From Anthoceros angustus (lineage: Eukaryota > Plantae > Anthocerotophyta), in contig VJWM01000135.1 of NCBI GenBank assembly GCA_010909165.1, positions 656,964 through 720,963 of the forward strand: a DNA stretch of 64,000 nucleotides, read 5' to 3'. A model generated the notes under the pieces. The model made no database searches and was not told the origin of the DNA. It saw nothing but the letters and a program-made list of their open reading frames with translations. Positions 37,701 through 49,694 of the stretch are shown here, piece after piece (position 1 is the stretch's first letter; the number at the start of each line of letters is the position of its first letter). The translations under genes were made by a program, and so were the position numbers.

Positions 37701-40681
37701 TGTGAGCCTCCTCTGCTATGTTTTCCTTGGCTGGTTGCACAAGGAGCATAGCTGCAGCATGGCTTCGCAATTTTTGAGCTTCTCTTGTGTCAGGTATTTC
37801 AAATGCCATATTTGGGTCATTCAAGTCCAAGATCCGCTTTGCCCTGGGCATCGGCCTCATGGCAGGGCCTTCATTGTCCCACTGCACCTGGTCCAGCCAC
37901 ATGCATGATGCCAGATCTGAATTCAGACGATCAGGTTGTAGCTCCAACCACTTCATTTGCTGTACAACATCATTTACTCCATCTACTTGATTAGGTTCCC
38001 TGGTCTGCATTGGACCTTCTGACCCTTTTGACTCTAACCGTAACATCTGAGGATGCCTATGCACCTGTACACCTCTACCACCTGGCCTGCTCAGAGGCTC
38101 AATCAAAATAGGCCTATACTGACTATCAGGAGGTCTCATATTCTCCTTCCCATACATCCCTGAAACATTGAGAGACAAACCCTTCTCAGTTGAGCATTCA
38201 TTGTCAACCTCCTCTGAAAGATCTGAAGAACTATCCTCTCTCTGGCCCTCACCCCGTTCCTGCTCATTTTTTGTGCATACATCTTCTCCCCACAAAATTC
38301 GGTCTTCCCAATCCTGTTGGTACAATGCTTCAAAGTTGGCGGCTGGCATGAGGTTCATCACAGCTGACAAATGCTCCCAGTCCGCACTCTCAGATTTCAT
38401 GGGCTCAGAAGCAACGAACACTGCTTTCTTTGATCTTGCCTTGAGCTTCCTATCATATCCACAGCCATGAAATAGAGGTTCACTCTCGTCCAACCCACTA
38501 CCATCTGTTTCCTCAACTTCATCCTCTGCACTCATATCTTCAGCTTCATCCAAGGATATATGGCTGCCAGCGCAAACATTAGAGCAAGTTTTGAAAACTT
38601 CCTCCTCATCAAATTCCAGAGCTTCAGAAGCATCTTCCACACGTTCCCTCCTCTCTGTGCCACAGAAACAAAGGGTGGCCTCAGTCAAACCCATCCCGAA
38701 TTCAAGAGACCTGAGGAAAACCAATCCAGCACATCATCCATCGAATATGACCAGATAGAAACCTTTAGAGAATGGTCTTTTATGCCGTGCTTTTCGGCTC
38801 CCAACAACCCAGTATGGTTCCCTCACACCAAACAACTCAGAAAACCGCAGAACCTCTTGGCCCTCTATCTGACATAGGACAGGTAGTTTCTCTTTGTCCT
38901 CTGCAGTCGAAACAACATCATTGAGGACCGGTAGTTTCTCATTGTCCTCTGCAGTCGAATCAACATCATTGAGGACAGGTAGTTTCTCATTGTCCTCTAC
39001 AGTTGAATCAAAATCATTGAGGACAGGTAGTTTCTCATTGTCCTCTGCAGTCGAATCAACATCATTGAGCACAGGTAGCTTCTCATTGTCCTCTGCAGTC
39101 GAATCAACATCATTGGCCACAGATAGATCCTGCAATACACCAGAATTGGTCACTCTGATTCCACAAATTCTTCTCATGCTGGAAGACTTGAGCAGAACTA
39201 GTTTGCCACCCCAAAGAACTGCTATACCCGTGCCGCTTAATTCTAATGAGCAGTTTCCTGGCCCTAAAACTGCAGTGACATTTTACCTGACTCGGCTCAG
39301 GCTCACCCTCAAACTCTTCTACCGAATGGTCTGATTTTGTGTGTCCTACAATCAAAAGCCAAGATCAAAATCTCGTCAGCCATGAAAAACCTCACCCATA
39401 CACAACCACTACATTTGCACGCCTCTGGCTGTAAGTCACCAATCCTATGCAAACACTGCGACAGCCTCTCCTGATGGCATCTATGAGCTATTAAGATCTA
39501 CGGAAGCACTACTTCTCGGGGTCCTGCTGCAACCTGCATCTTCATCAAAGGAAAACTCCTGGACTGGTTCGCCATGGTCCTGCAAACTGTCAGTCTCGTC
39601 ATCCTCATCATAATTATCTTCTTCAGGTACCGAGGTGCCAGGCTCCACAGCCAAAGCTGCTTTAGCATAAAATTTTTGATCCTGAGGGGGTATATGTAGC
39701 TCCGGATCCTCATCCTCTTCTTCCATATCCTCAATCTCTTCTTGTATGTCCTCATAATCCACGGCATCATCGGCCTTCCTTCCATAGTCTGCAACCGCGG
39801 CACCCCGACTTCAGCTAGCGTAAAAAGAGTGGTCACGCTCACCGCAAGACACAGGCAATCTAAACCTGAGAAGAAAGACCCTCTGCCCACTACCGTCCAC
39901 CGGCTCATGAGAATTCCACTCTTCAACAAGCTCACACATCCTCTTACCCTCCTTGTCCTCAACTGGGCTCCCAGCTGCAGCCGCAGTCGTCGAGGAAAGC
40001 TGGAGACAACGACCAAAACAGAGAGGTAGTTTAACGGACACGGAAATTGCACTTGCGCTAAGAGCTAACCATCACACTTCCCGGGCTGCACCTCGGAGCC
40101 CAGTACACGAGAAGGAGAAGGTCGAAACGCAGGACATCCCCAAGTTTACAACAGAGCAGGGCTGGAGTCACTTAGAAGAACGAGAGAGCACTTACGACGT
40201 TCAGCGGAACAACGCTACCAAGAGCTGAGAGATTGTCCTTCGCATCCTGGAGGCCCCACCAACAACCATTTCATTCATTCACAGCTGCTGGCTTTGCGAG
40301 CTCAAGAGGAACAGTAGCAAACTCGGAAGAAGCCAAAACATCAGAGCATAAGCCAAAGTCAGTACCCCGGAACTGGGCACAGTTCCAGATTTCATTTCCC
40401 ATTCCAACCAACCCAAATTTTGCCAGCCCCGCCACAGTCCAGCTAACTGTGCAGAGCGCATGCAAAGCCAAATCGCGCTCCAAGCTGCCGGATGGGCGCC
40501 AGGAGGAGCGGCACCCAAGGGGCATCAGACAGACAGATCGGTCCTAACACTGCGCAGGAGTACGGACCTGATCAAGGTACTCGGCATCGAGACCTCCATC
40601 GTCGTCCAGGTTCCCAAACATAATCCCGAATTGCCATCTCCCGCCATTCTCCTCTTCATCTTCGTCCTCCCAATTTGGCAT
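31790..40681 (-). CDS. TAF1: TFIID subunit 1 (TAF1/HAF): TBP-binding N-terminus, DUF3591 core with inserted ubiquitin-like domain, zinc knuckle, single bromodomain; many exons
   Basis: Exon 1 FGIMFGNLDDDGGLDAEYLD; KADDAVDYEDI; FHRPKAVWYPH; ubiquitin-like MKVIVKTLGGKG...VLHLVR; YCEERPLLLGNVGMG; GDPSGRGLGFSY; CGACGQ|LGHMRTNKKCP; bromodomain FLKPVSKKEAPDYLQYVKRPMDL. Confidence 0.96.
32640..33130 (-). repeat. Low-complexity E/R/K-rich coding repeats (ERERAK, EKEQR) within a TAF1 exon
   Basis: Pyrimidine tract on the + strand that translates on the - strand as ...EKEQREKEQREKEQR... Confidence 0.85.
38876..39115 (-). repeat. Five-copy 48-bp coding tandem repeat in TAF1 (LPVLNDVDSTAEDNEK)
   Basis: 48-bp period, in frame, with few substitutions between copies. 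Confidence 0.95.
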
Positions 40682-40860
40682 GGTGGGAAGCGTACCGATC
40701 TCATCCGCCGGCGTCACAAAGGGGCTTCAGCCTTCCTCCGCGCCCCTTGACGACGAAGGTCTGTGATGTCACAGAAAAAACACCTTCTATCGGCAGACCC
40801 CTTCTTATACGCCGGTGGGGAGCCCCAAGGGGTTTAAATTGCTAAATAGGTAGAGGCATA

Positions 40861-40869
40861 AACCCTAGT
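40861..40869 (+). promoter_or_regulatory. Telo-box-like element AAACCCTAG in the 228-bp TAF1/NOP2 divergent promoter
   Basis: Motif about 50 bp upstream of the NOP2 ATG. Telo-boxes are known in promoters of plant ribosome-biogenesis genes. Confidence 0.5.
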
Positions 40870-40909
40870 CTCGAAGCAGCGCGGCAGGCGCCATCGCTTC
40901 GGCCGCGCA

Positions 40910-42943
40910 ATGGCCCCGGCAAGGAAGCGCGAGGGACTGGGCTCTGGGATCCGGAAAGCCAAGGGGCAGCAGGTGGCGGCTAAGGAAAAGCGCAAGCAGG
41001 AGAAAGCGGTGGAGCAGCCGGAGTCCAGGAAGGATCTCTTTGCGGACGCCGATGGATCGTTGTCCGATTCTGACGGCGTTGCCGACGACGATTTTTTGAT
41101 AGGGAATGTGCAAGGGTTGGATGGGAATGGGGAGCTGAGCAGCAGTGGCGAGGAGGAGGAGGAGGAGGAGGAAAGGCAGGTGAAAGTTCAGCTGAAGGCC
41201 GGGAAGGCTGGTAAAGAGGATATCAAGGGGAGGAAGAAGGAGAAGAAGGGGTTCAGTGATGACAACAGGGCTTGGTTGAAGGCCAAGGCGACGGGCAGCG
41301 AGTCTGAGGAAGACGAAGATGGAGACGGGGGCGAGGGTTTCAGTTCCGGGGGCGGGAGTGATGGGGAGCTGGAGGTTGAGAAGAAGGCCAGGAAGCTGGA
41401 CTTGGCTAAGGCTCGTGAGGAGAAAGAAGCTGCGGAAGAGCTGCAATTGAATATTCAGGGGGAGGGAGATGATTTTGAGTTGCCGACGGAGGAGGAGTTG
41501 GAGGAGGAGGCAAGGGCCCCTCCCGATCTGCCGACTGTTCAGCGGCGGATTAAGGAGATCGTGCGGGTTCTGTCCAGCTTTAAGGCTCTCAGGAGGGAGG
41601 GAGTTCCCCGCTCCGAGTATACGAAGCGGCTAGCGTTGGATTTGGCTACGTACTATGGCTATAATGCGTTTTTGCTGGACACGTTCCTGCAAATGTTTCC
41701 GATTGCGGAGGCCATTGAGTTTCTTGAGGCCAATGAGAAGCCCCGACCTGTGTCGCTGCGGACGAATACTTTGAAGGCGCGGAGGCGGGATCTGGCGGCT
41801 GTGCTAATTAACAGGGGGGTTAACTTGGATCCGCTTGGGAAGTGGTCCAAGGTTGGGTTGGTTGTTTACGAATCTCAGGTCCCCATTGGAGCGACCCCGG
41901 AGTATATGGCTGGACATTACATGCTTCAGAGTGCTTGCTCGTTTCTTCCCGTTATGGCTTTGGCAGCTCAAGAGAGGGAGCGGGTTGTAGACATGGCTGC
42001 TGCACCAGGGGGTAAAACAACCTATGTCGCTGCACTGATGAAGAACACGGGAGTCATTTTTGCCAATGAGCTGAAGAAGCCTAGGCTGAAGTCTCTTTGT
42101 GCGAATATTCATCGTATGGGTGTGACAAATACCATCGTATCCAATTATGATGGACGTCAGCTCCCAAAAATATTAGGTCACAACATTGCGGACAGGGTTT
42201 TGCTGGATGCCCCTTGCAGTGGCACCGGAATCATTACTAAGGATCAGTCGGTGAAGGTTAGTAAAAGTGCAGACGACATACAGCGATGCGCTGCACTTCA
42301 AAAGGAGTTGATTCTGGCTGCTATTGATATGGTGGATGCTGCATCTAAGACCGGCGGCTACGTTGTGTACTCAACGTGTTCAGTGCTGGTGGCCGAGAAT
42401 GAATCTGTTGTGGACTATGCTTTGCGGAAGCGGGATGTTAAGGTTGTGCCCTGCGGGCTTGATTTTGGCCGCCCTGGCTTCATAAAATTTAGGGAAAATA
42501 GATTCCACACATCATTAGCCAATACGAGGCGGTTCTATCCTCATGTCCACAATCTGGATGGTTTCTTCGTTGCAAAACTGAAGAAACTCAGCAACAAGAA
42601 GAATACCCCATTGGCTCAAGATGACCAACCTGAAGGGGTTGCAGATAGGGCGTTGGAAGATGCGCATACGGAGGATGAGGATGGGGATGTTGCCATGCAT
42701 CAAGAAGACGACCATGAGGCAGAGAGAACGTCAAATGCTACAGGTCCTATTCCTCAGGATGAGCAGCCTTTGGAGCATACCAGAAAAGCTGCAGGAAAGG
42801 TCAAAAGGCCTCTGATGAACCGAAAGGCTCTGAAGCTTCTTCCTTCAAAAGAGGAGATTTCAAAGCATAGAGAAGAGAGACGGAACGTGCAGAGGGAGCA
42901 AAGGAAGCGAGAGGTGTTATCAAAGAAAAGGAATCCCAAGTAG
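40910..42943 (+). CDS. NOP2: NOP2/NSUN1 large-subunit rRNA m5C methyltransferase, intronless CDS (677 aa)
   Basis: Acidic N-terminus, [14 protein letters not shown] region, [35 protein letters not shown]-type motif ([12 protein letters not shown]), [24 protein letters not shown]. Confidence 0.96.
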   Translation: MAPARKREGLGSGIRKAKGQQVAAKEKRKQEKAVEQPESRKDLFADADGSLSDSDGVADDDFLIGNVQGLDGNGELSSSGEEEEEEEERQVKVQLKAGKAGKEDIKGRKKEKKGFSDDNRAWLKAKATGSESEEDEDGDGGEGFSSGGGSDGELEVEKKARKLDLAKAREEKEAAEELQLNIQGEGDDFELPTEEELEEEARAPPDLPTVQRRIKEIVRVLSSFKALRREGVPRSEYTKRLALDLATYYGYNAFLLDTFLQMFPIAEAIEFLEANEKPRPVSLRTNTLKARRRDLAAVLINRGVNLDPLGKWSKVGLVVYESQVPIGATPEYMAGHYMLQSACSFLPVMALAAQERERVVDMAAAPGGKTTYVAALMKNTGVIFANELKKPRLKSLCANIHRMGVTNTIVSNYDGRQLPKILGHNIADRVLLDAPCSGTGIITKDQSVKVSKSADDIQRCAALQKELILAAIDMVDAASKTGGYVVYSTCSVLVAENESVVDYALRKRDVKVVPCGLDFGRPGFIKFRENRFHTSLANTRRFYPHVHNLDGFFVAKLKKLSNKKNTPLAQDDQPEGVADRALEDAHTEDEDGDVAMHQEDDHEAERTSNATGPIPQDEQPLEHTRKAAGKVKRPLMNRKALKLLPSKEEISKHREERRNVQREQRKREVLSKKRNPK

Positions 42944-43335
42944 TAGTATGGCTTTAGAGCGAGTATGTACATGAGACTAAGTACGTCTCCGACTCTTTTG
43001 TAACTTTTCTCGTGTAGAGTTGTCACTGGGAGCTGTTCTCAGTCCGCAATTTTGTAGCGTTGCTAGAAAAGGGGCTTACTTATACTTATTTCAAGCCTAT
43101 TTGTATGTGTTACCACTTACCAGTATACAGTACAGCACTGACACTTACCAGTTGATTTCATGCGGACCCTCGCCTGTAGATGAACTGTGTAGAGACTGAT
43201 TTATTCACTTACAAGACATTGAGCAGTGGTTGCAACTCCCACAGTTTGTGCTCGTCGATCAGACCTACGCCATATGGGTCCTCCTATCTCTCAATCTGTG
43301 CGCAAGCGAGATAAACCCGCCGGATGCCTGCAGAG

Positions 43336-45354
43336 CTAGGTTGGCCCTACAGTTTTGCCGAGAATCCACAGCGACAGTGATAACTCTATAACAAAAATTG
43401 CGTAAAGAGAGCCGCGGTCCAGTACGAAACCATATATCGAAATGCCGGCATTGGCATGCTGAAGGTATGTTACTGCATTTGAAAACAAGAGAGTCAGTTG
43501 CCTCTTTCCAACTACGGGGTACTCAAAATCTAGCAAGGGCAAGACACTACAGCAACAGCCGAGCTATGCTACTGCGATCCACTATGAATCCATAGAGCGA
43601 GAAGGCAGCAGGGGAATGTTGCAGATAAGTCACTGCATTGCAGGCACAAATGACGGTCAGACATAAGACCCGAGCACGTAAAACACAGCATTCAATGAGA
43701 GGGAAGATGTTGGATGTGTACTTCTGCAGCTACTCCAAGTTCCTACCGCATTTCAATAGATGAGACCAGTAGCTTACCAAGAGATTGTCGCTTTTGATAA
43801 GCTGCAGGATCATGTGGAGATGCCTCTGACGGATTTGCACACACCACATAGGACGCCTCTAGGTCATCATTTTGGAGCCAAGGATGTGCGGGGCCTATGT
43901 CTTGGGCAGAAAAAGGTTCTGCAATTGGCTCATCGCTGCTTGTGCGCACTGCACGAGCATCCGGCCAACACGTTGCTGCTGCATGCCAACGACTTACAAT
44001 TGATACTATTCCCTGAGCTCTATGGGTTATCCTGGCAGCTCCATGGAGACATATCACGATGCCAGTAAGCTGTGTGATGGAACAGACCTGCAAAGCACCG
44101 GATTGTCAGACCCTGAGCTCTAACTAGCCCTCAGAGAAACGTATCAAGAAGAAGGATTGAGGACGAACCGCCAAGTCGCCAGCTCTGAAGAAGTTGATTA
44201 TCCCAGGTGACGCCGTGATTACAAAGAGGGATATAAACTGGCTGAAGGTGATTGTGAAGAGCGAGGCCACCAGAAAGATTCTGAACCTGTGACTTATGTG
44301 GTAGAGCTGCTTACGGATTAGCAAGTGCCTTGAGAGGATCAGTGCGACATTAGGTGTAGCCTCAAGCAGTCGGTTGTAAGCTTGAAGCCTCAGTATCTGA
44401 AGCGAACACATAAGCCGAAATAATATACATACAAAGAGAAAAACGGTGGTTTTGTAAAGCCAAGACAACATAGCAACCGCACAGATGACAGCGTTTTCAA
44501 GGGGCTGGGAAGTGACATAAGGTATATCCACTTCAACATACGCAAACCACCAGCCTTTGTGTAGTAGTTCAATCAGAAAGCATGGAAGGAGGATCAAACC
44601 CAGCATCCGGAAAGCACTCTGCATCAGAACGGTTATAGCAGAATGTCAATCCCTCACTTTTCAAATTGCAGTATGGACAAGATGTTTCAGAAATCAAACA
44701 GTTCCAACTGAAACATACACAGGGTACATTTCAAATTTGAGTCAAGAACTCCGAATAACAAACAGCACAAGCAAAAGGAAACAAACAACATACATGTAGT
44801 TTCTTTGTATACCCCTCCTGCACTTCGGTAGGCTCCCCATCGAGCTTATCCAGCAACAAAACCTTCCGCAATCCGTTTTTCCTGAGTGTGTAGGACAAAA
44901 ATAGGAAGGAGACTAACGCCAAACCAGACTCAGAGCACTGCACAAGCACCTCGAAGGGATGGCTATGCAGTTCGTCGCAGTTCGGGCATTCCACATAAAA
45001 GGTTTCAAGAAGGGGCTCCAGCACAATAGCCGTCAAGCAAATGAGACAGGAGACTCCAATGCGCAAACCTGTAGATTGGTCAAGACCAAGCCAGAACAGA
45101 CTAGACCGAAATCTCCTCAGTTCATCCTTCCTCCACAAAGTCCGACTAGAAAAGAGCGTCTTGAAATCCGGAAGCTCAAAGGCAACATCTCCCCCTGCAT
45201 CGGCCTGGCCATTTTCTTGTGAATGTCCGTCTTCACTGACTAGACCCGCATCATGTAAGAGCTGAACCTCTGGAGGATCCTTACCATGCCTGCTAGCATC
45301 ATTCTCACGAGTTCCCTGTGCAAGCAAAGGGGCTTGCGGACATTCATCAGCCAT
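43336..45354 (-). CDS. DUF3537 family plant multi-pass membrane protein, about 4 exons
   Basis: DELRRFRSSLFWLGLDQS, YKTTVFLFVCILFRLMCSLQILRL, LSRHLLIRKQLYHISHRFRIF, AARITHRAQGIVSIVSRWH, and C-terminal YLQHANAGISIYGFVLDR...IELSLSLWILGKT. The start could be ATG 45366 or 45354. Confidence 0.88.
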
Positions 45355-48300
45355 GGCGCTGCCCATTCTGCGGCATAAATATAAAAACGCGGACGACATC
45401 CGTCCAGGGAACCAACAAGATGCCGGAGGACACTGCCACCATTACTTTCATAACCTGGTGCCGCGCAAGAAAGCCAAAACCAATCAGACCCTGGCCACGC
45501 AGCATCTACGCAAGCTTCTTGCCGTCCTCTTTGATAAGCTCCGCTTGATCTCTCCGGCTGGAAGGACACAACTCAGGCCTCGAGATCCCAAGCAAGAATC
45601 CCTTCAGCGTCTCATTCGAAACACGGGATTCCGCGGCAAACCTTGGAATGCAGCCAGCTCCAGCCCTGCTTGTTCCCGTGGTGTAGACTGTCATCGTACC
45701 AAAACCGGCCAAATGCAAGCATAGCTGGAGGTCCCTCTGATGATTGACTGGACAGAGCTGCTGCCGCCTCTTTCTATCCGGGTACCATATTCATTTCGAC
45801 GTGGCCGCTTCAGGTTGCGGAATTGTTGATGGTCGGTAAGTGAGCGATGTTTGCGAAACTGAAAATGTTGGATCTGCAACGCCACCGCCGCAGCACTTTC
45901 AGGACTAAAGCCTAGCGACCTTCGCCAAGTGGCGCGCCCACACAAAAGCGAAGGGGGAATCCGCTGCCCGCAAACCCAAGTCTGGCAAGGGAAACGGCTT
46001 CAGACGAAGGTCGTCCGCAGCGCGGGTTCGAACCCTCGGGTTAGGCTGCTCCACCCTGGTTACGGACTTGGTATTATCGGCCCGTTCCATTTCGACCCTG
46101 TCGAAGGGCTGTGATGCCGCCATATGTATTATTGTAGGAAGCAGTACAAACGCCGCCTGTAGTACATGGGAGCGTAATCAAGGAGCGTGCGAGTCGCGCA
46201 TGAATCGGGTTAAAATCAGGCAGGCTTGATTATAATCCGACTCAAGCGCAACTTGGCGAGTGGGGTGGTACGAGCATGGCGAGGGTAGTACAGGCATGGA
46301 TGCGATGCTGCAGAGGCTTCTCCGATCGTCAAGCCTTTCGGTGGTAAGTACATACGTATATGCAAATGATGCAAAGGGGAAGGGAGAGGGGCCACGGCTG
46401 TGGTGATGGACGATTCGGCATCGATGGCTGCTCCCACAGCCGAGCCCTACCATCCGTGCGCGTGCTGGTGACACTGTGGTGGTGGAGCTCGAGAATGCAC
46501 TGCCTGCAGAAGGCCAGTCCGTGGATGTGCGCTTGGCTGCACTCCCCCGTTTCTCAGCAGCCTTGGATTCTTGCGTGGAAGATTGAAGCCTGGTGTGGTG
46601 TGCTCGGGATTGTGCATTCCCAAGCTCCACCACCACATTGCTACCTATGGCTCTGGAGAGGAGAGGAGGGAGCAAGGCAGGTTTACGCGCTGAGATGAGG
46701 TGGTTAGCCTAGTAGGTGCTTGTGCGTCCGCATTCGCGACACCGAGATCTATTCTCATAAACAGCCTCTCCGGCTGGGATTGTGTGCACAAGCATGTGAT
46801 ACATCACGTGACGTTTTCCCATGGCTGATACGGCACCAGCTCCGGGTGCGCATGGCATTCTCATTGCGGTTGCAAAGATATCGGTGCCCCGCATGTCTAG
46901 GCGTTATGCATGATTCCTCATTACTTGTCTACGCGGATTGTGATTTTACAGGCCTGACTGACAAGCATGGCTTGACAGAGGAGATTCTGCGGCACGGGCG
47001 TCGGGAGAGAGCGAGAGATGTTGAGCCACTGTCTTGTCCCGCAGTCGGTGACAACACTAATTTGGTGTAGGCCGCCATGAGTAGAGATGGTCATGACTTG
47101 TTCCTATGTTTCGAAAAAACTGTCTGAAGGCTTCTGTCGTTATGGTGCATTATTCTAAGGCATGCCATCTGCTCCACCATTGAATACTCCATTGTCTCCT
47201 CAGAGATGCAGATATCTTAGAGCCCGGGGGCTAAAATTCGTCGTTTGAGTGGTCGAAATCCAAAGCCAGACTCCAAGACACTGCAGATTTTGTTTTCAGT
47301 TGAACCTGGTGACGCTTCACGAGCCACACATCGCACTGATAAGTCGTACATGTGCGATCCCGTTTGATATTTTGTTGAATAACACAAAGCCTTGGAGATA
47401 AAAAGGGAAAGGAGAAAGAAGAGGAGGAATTACCTATTTTAATCCCTAACACGACGTCATTTCCGTCCTGGCACATGGTACCCAACAAGCCAAACTACTT
47501 GCACCAAGGGCATGCTTCCCCTCAAGCCACCCCATCTAGTACTAATCAAGCATGCTAAACACCGACGTCCTTATAAATGTGTGTCCACTTCGCCTTAGCC
47601 ATTTGGACAACAACATAAAGAGATAGTCTCAAGCAACATTCTATTAAAGTCCAACAAATTCTAACTTGAACTATTTCCTTAGAAAGACGCAGACGCCAAC
47701 ATATATTTGTTTGAATAGGCGCTTGGTCTAGTGGAATCCTTGTTTTTAATTTTGGTCTGCGCAATTCTTCCAACAACACACATGATTAATTTGATTTGGT
47801 TGCTTTTCGGCCTTCCTTTTGCGCTTCTCTTCGGGTCCGGAACCCTATCCTAGATTCTTTGTTTGACTATGCTGGATTCCTTGATTGACCCTTGTGATTT
47901 GAGGTGCTCAGGTAATGGATGGCATCTAGTCTCGTCATGGAATTTCTGACCGTCTCAACTGCATGTGTGGTATTTTATAGAATTAAGAGCTTTGTAAAGA
48001 ATGAAATAATACAAAAAGAGACTAGAGCCAAAGAAAACCAATTGGACAGGGGCAGGCCACACTAGACAGATTGTGCTTGTGTGTTATTTGAGTTTTGGAT
48101 AGAATAAACATAGTTTGAAGTATTTAAAACTTGAATAGAATCCTTTTTATCTTCTAACTTGAACTATGGTTTTGAAAAGAGCACATGTTGACTAACCTCG
48201 TAGCAAAGGTTGTGGTAACAATTTCTTCGGGGTTGATGGCCCCTCAACTTCTTCATTGCTTGCTTGTTCGTATATAATTATGTTTCGGAAGTTTTTTTTG

Positions 48301-48487
48301 AAAATAATGCACCGTGCCCTCCAAGCTTTGAACTTACGAATCTCCGGTCTTGGCAATGACCTTCTAGCATCACCCTTTGCTCTCCGGTATTAATAATGAC
48401 CTTGTGATACCACATGACGCAGCAATAGAGTTTCTAAGTTGGCTCAAGGTGGATGTAGTAATTGAGTGCTCTTTTTGGCTTGGAAAG

Positions 48488-48667
48488 TATTAGAGCTATG
48501 CGGTTCGTATAGCCTACCAGTTATTATATGTTTAATAATTAGGTTAATTAGTGAACAGACACTACAGCCCCATCACACATATTTAAGACAATTTTGTAAC
48601 TTGTTTTAATCAATTGCATCTTGCTTTGTTGCAATCTACTTTTGTGCCTCCGCTTATAAAAGTAATA
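48488..48667 (+). repeat. 5' LTR
   Basis: Aligns with 51966-52147 with roughly 15 substitutions and one small indel (hand count). Confidence 0.9.
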
Positions 48668-48679
48668 TGGTATCAGAGC
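48668..48679 (+). promoter_or_regulatory. Primer-binding site complementary to the initiator tRNA-Met 3' end
   Basis: TGGTATCAGAGC directly abuts the 5' LTR. Confidence 0.9.
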
Positions 48680-49694
48680 AGCGGGTGCTCAATGTTTGAG
48701 TGTATGTTAGATCAATGATATCTACATTGCAGACTTGATTGTATCCTAGGACCTCATGGCCCCTAGCGCTATAATTTTTTGGTTTCTTTATCTCTACATG
48801 TGATAAGCTAAATAGAAATGACGTGGAGTACAGGGAGTTGAATTGAGCTTCCGTTCTGTTTTACTGATCCTGCTGATCATTTCATATAACAGGTAAAATT
48901 GGACAGAAAATTGCTCAGGAATCAGACACTGCAGCAGGTTTCAAGTTCCAGACACCCTAGAAGATCACTAAATCAAAAATTAGACTCTACGATTTTCGTT
49001 GTGTTCGTCTGCGTCTACGTCTTTGCACCCATCGTTCAGGAATGCACAATCAGCACAGGGAAGAAGACCGGAATTTGGAATTTGTTAACCATGCATGCGC
49101 TAAACAGCTTTTAAATTCCCACCTTAAATCCACAGAAAATTTCTCTTCACACATATGGCTGGCAGGATTATCTCATGTGTACAGAAGGCTCCAAGAAATC
49201 CAGGCCACCGTTGATGAGTTGGTTGTCTCTCTTCAACAAATGAACTCTGGAAGATCCACCGTTTTCTCTGCGAGAGACCCAATTGCTGCACTCTATTGCA
49301 CTAGCCTCAAGCCATGACAGGATGAGATGCCCAAGGGCGTATTGTTGTGATCTCTACCAGGATTCTAGGGCCCCTTGCATGAATTGCAGCACTTGTGTGC
49401 AGAATTTTGCCTGATTCTGTAGCATCTTGCTGCCGGCTACCAAGAGGTGCCACAGGATCTTGTGGCGATTGGTGAAGAGAGTCACCTGTGCCCTAATTTT
49501 AGTTTCCAGCTAGCAATTTTCCACACCTCATAAGTTCTCTTTTTCCTGGAAACCCTAAAAATAAAAAGGAAGCGGTGTTAGTTAGTACCTCTTCATAGCA
49601 CAATAGTTAGTATTTTTGCACATCTAGCTAGTTTTAGCAGCCTCCTTCTCCTGCACAAGTCAGTCACCTCCTTACTTCATCTTTCCTTGCTCCT

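Noticed and set aside
46000-46070. GGGTTCGAACCC T-loop-like motif with a possible 7-bp closing stem (GTCCGTA/TGCGGAC on the minus strand)
   Set aside because: Only about 56 nt are enclosed, there is no D or anticodon arm, and the T stem does not pair; not a tRNA.
46178-47070. ORFs 46178-46675 (-) and 46720-47070 (+)
   Set aside because: No recognisable motifs, and candidate splice sites give no consistent frame.
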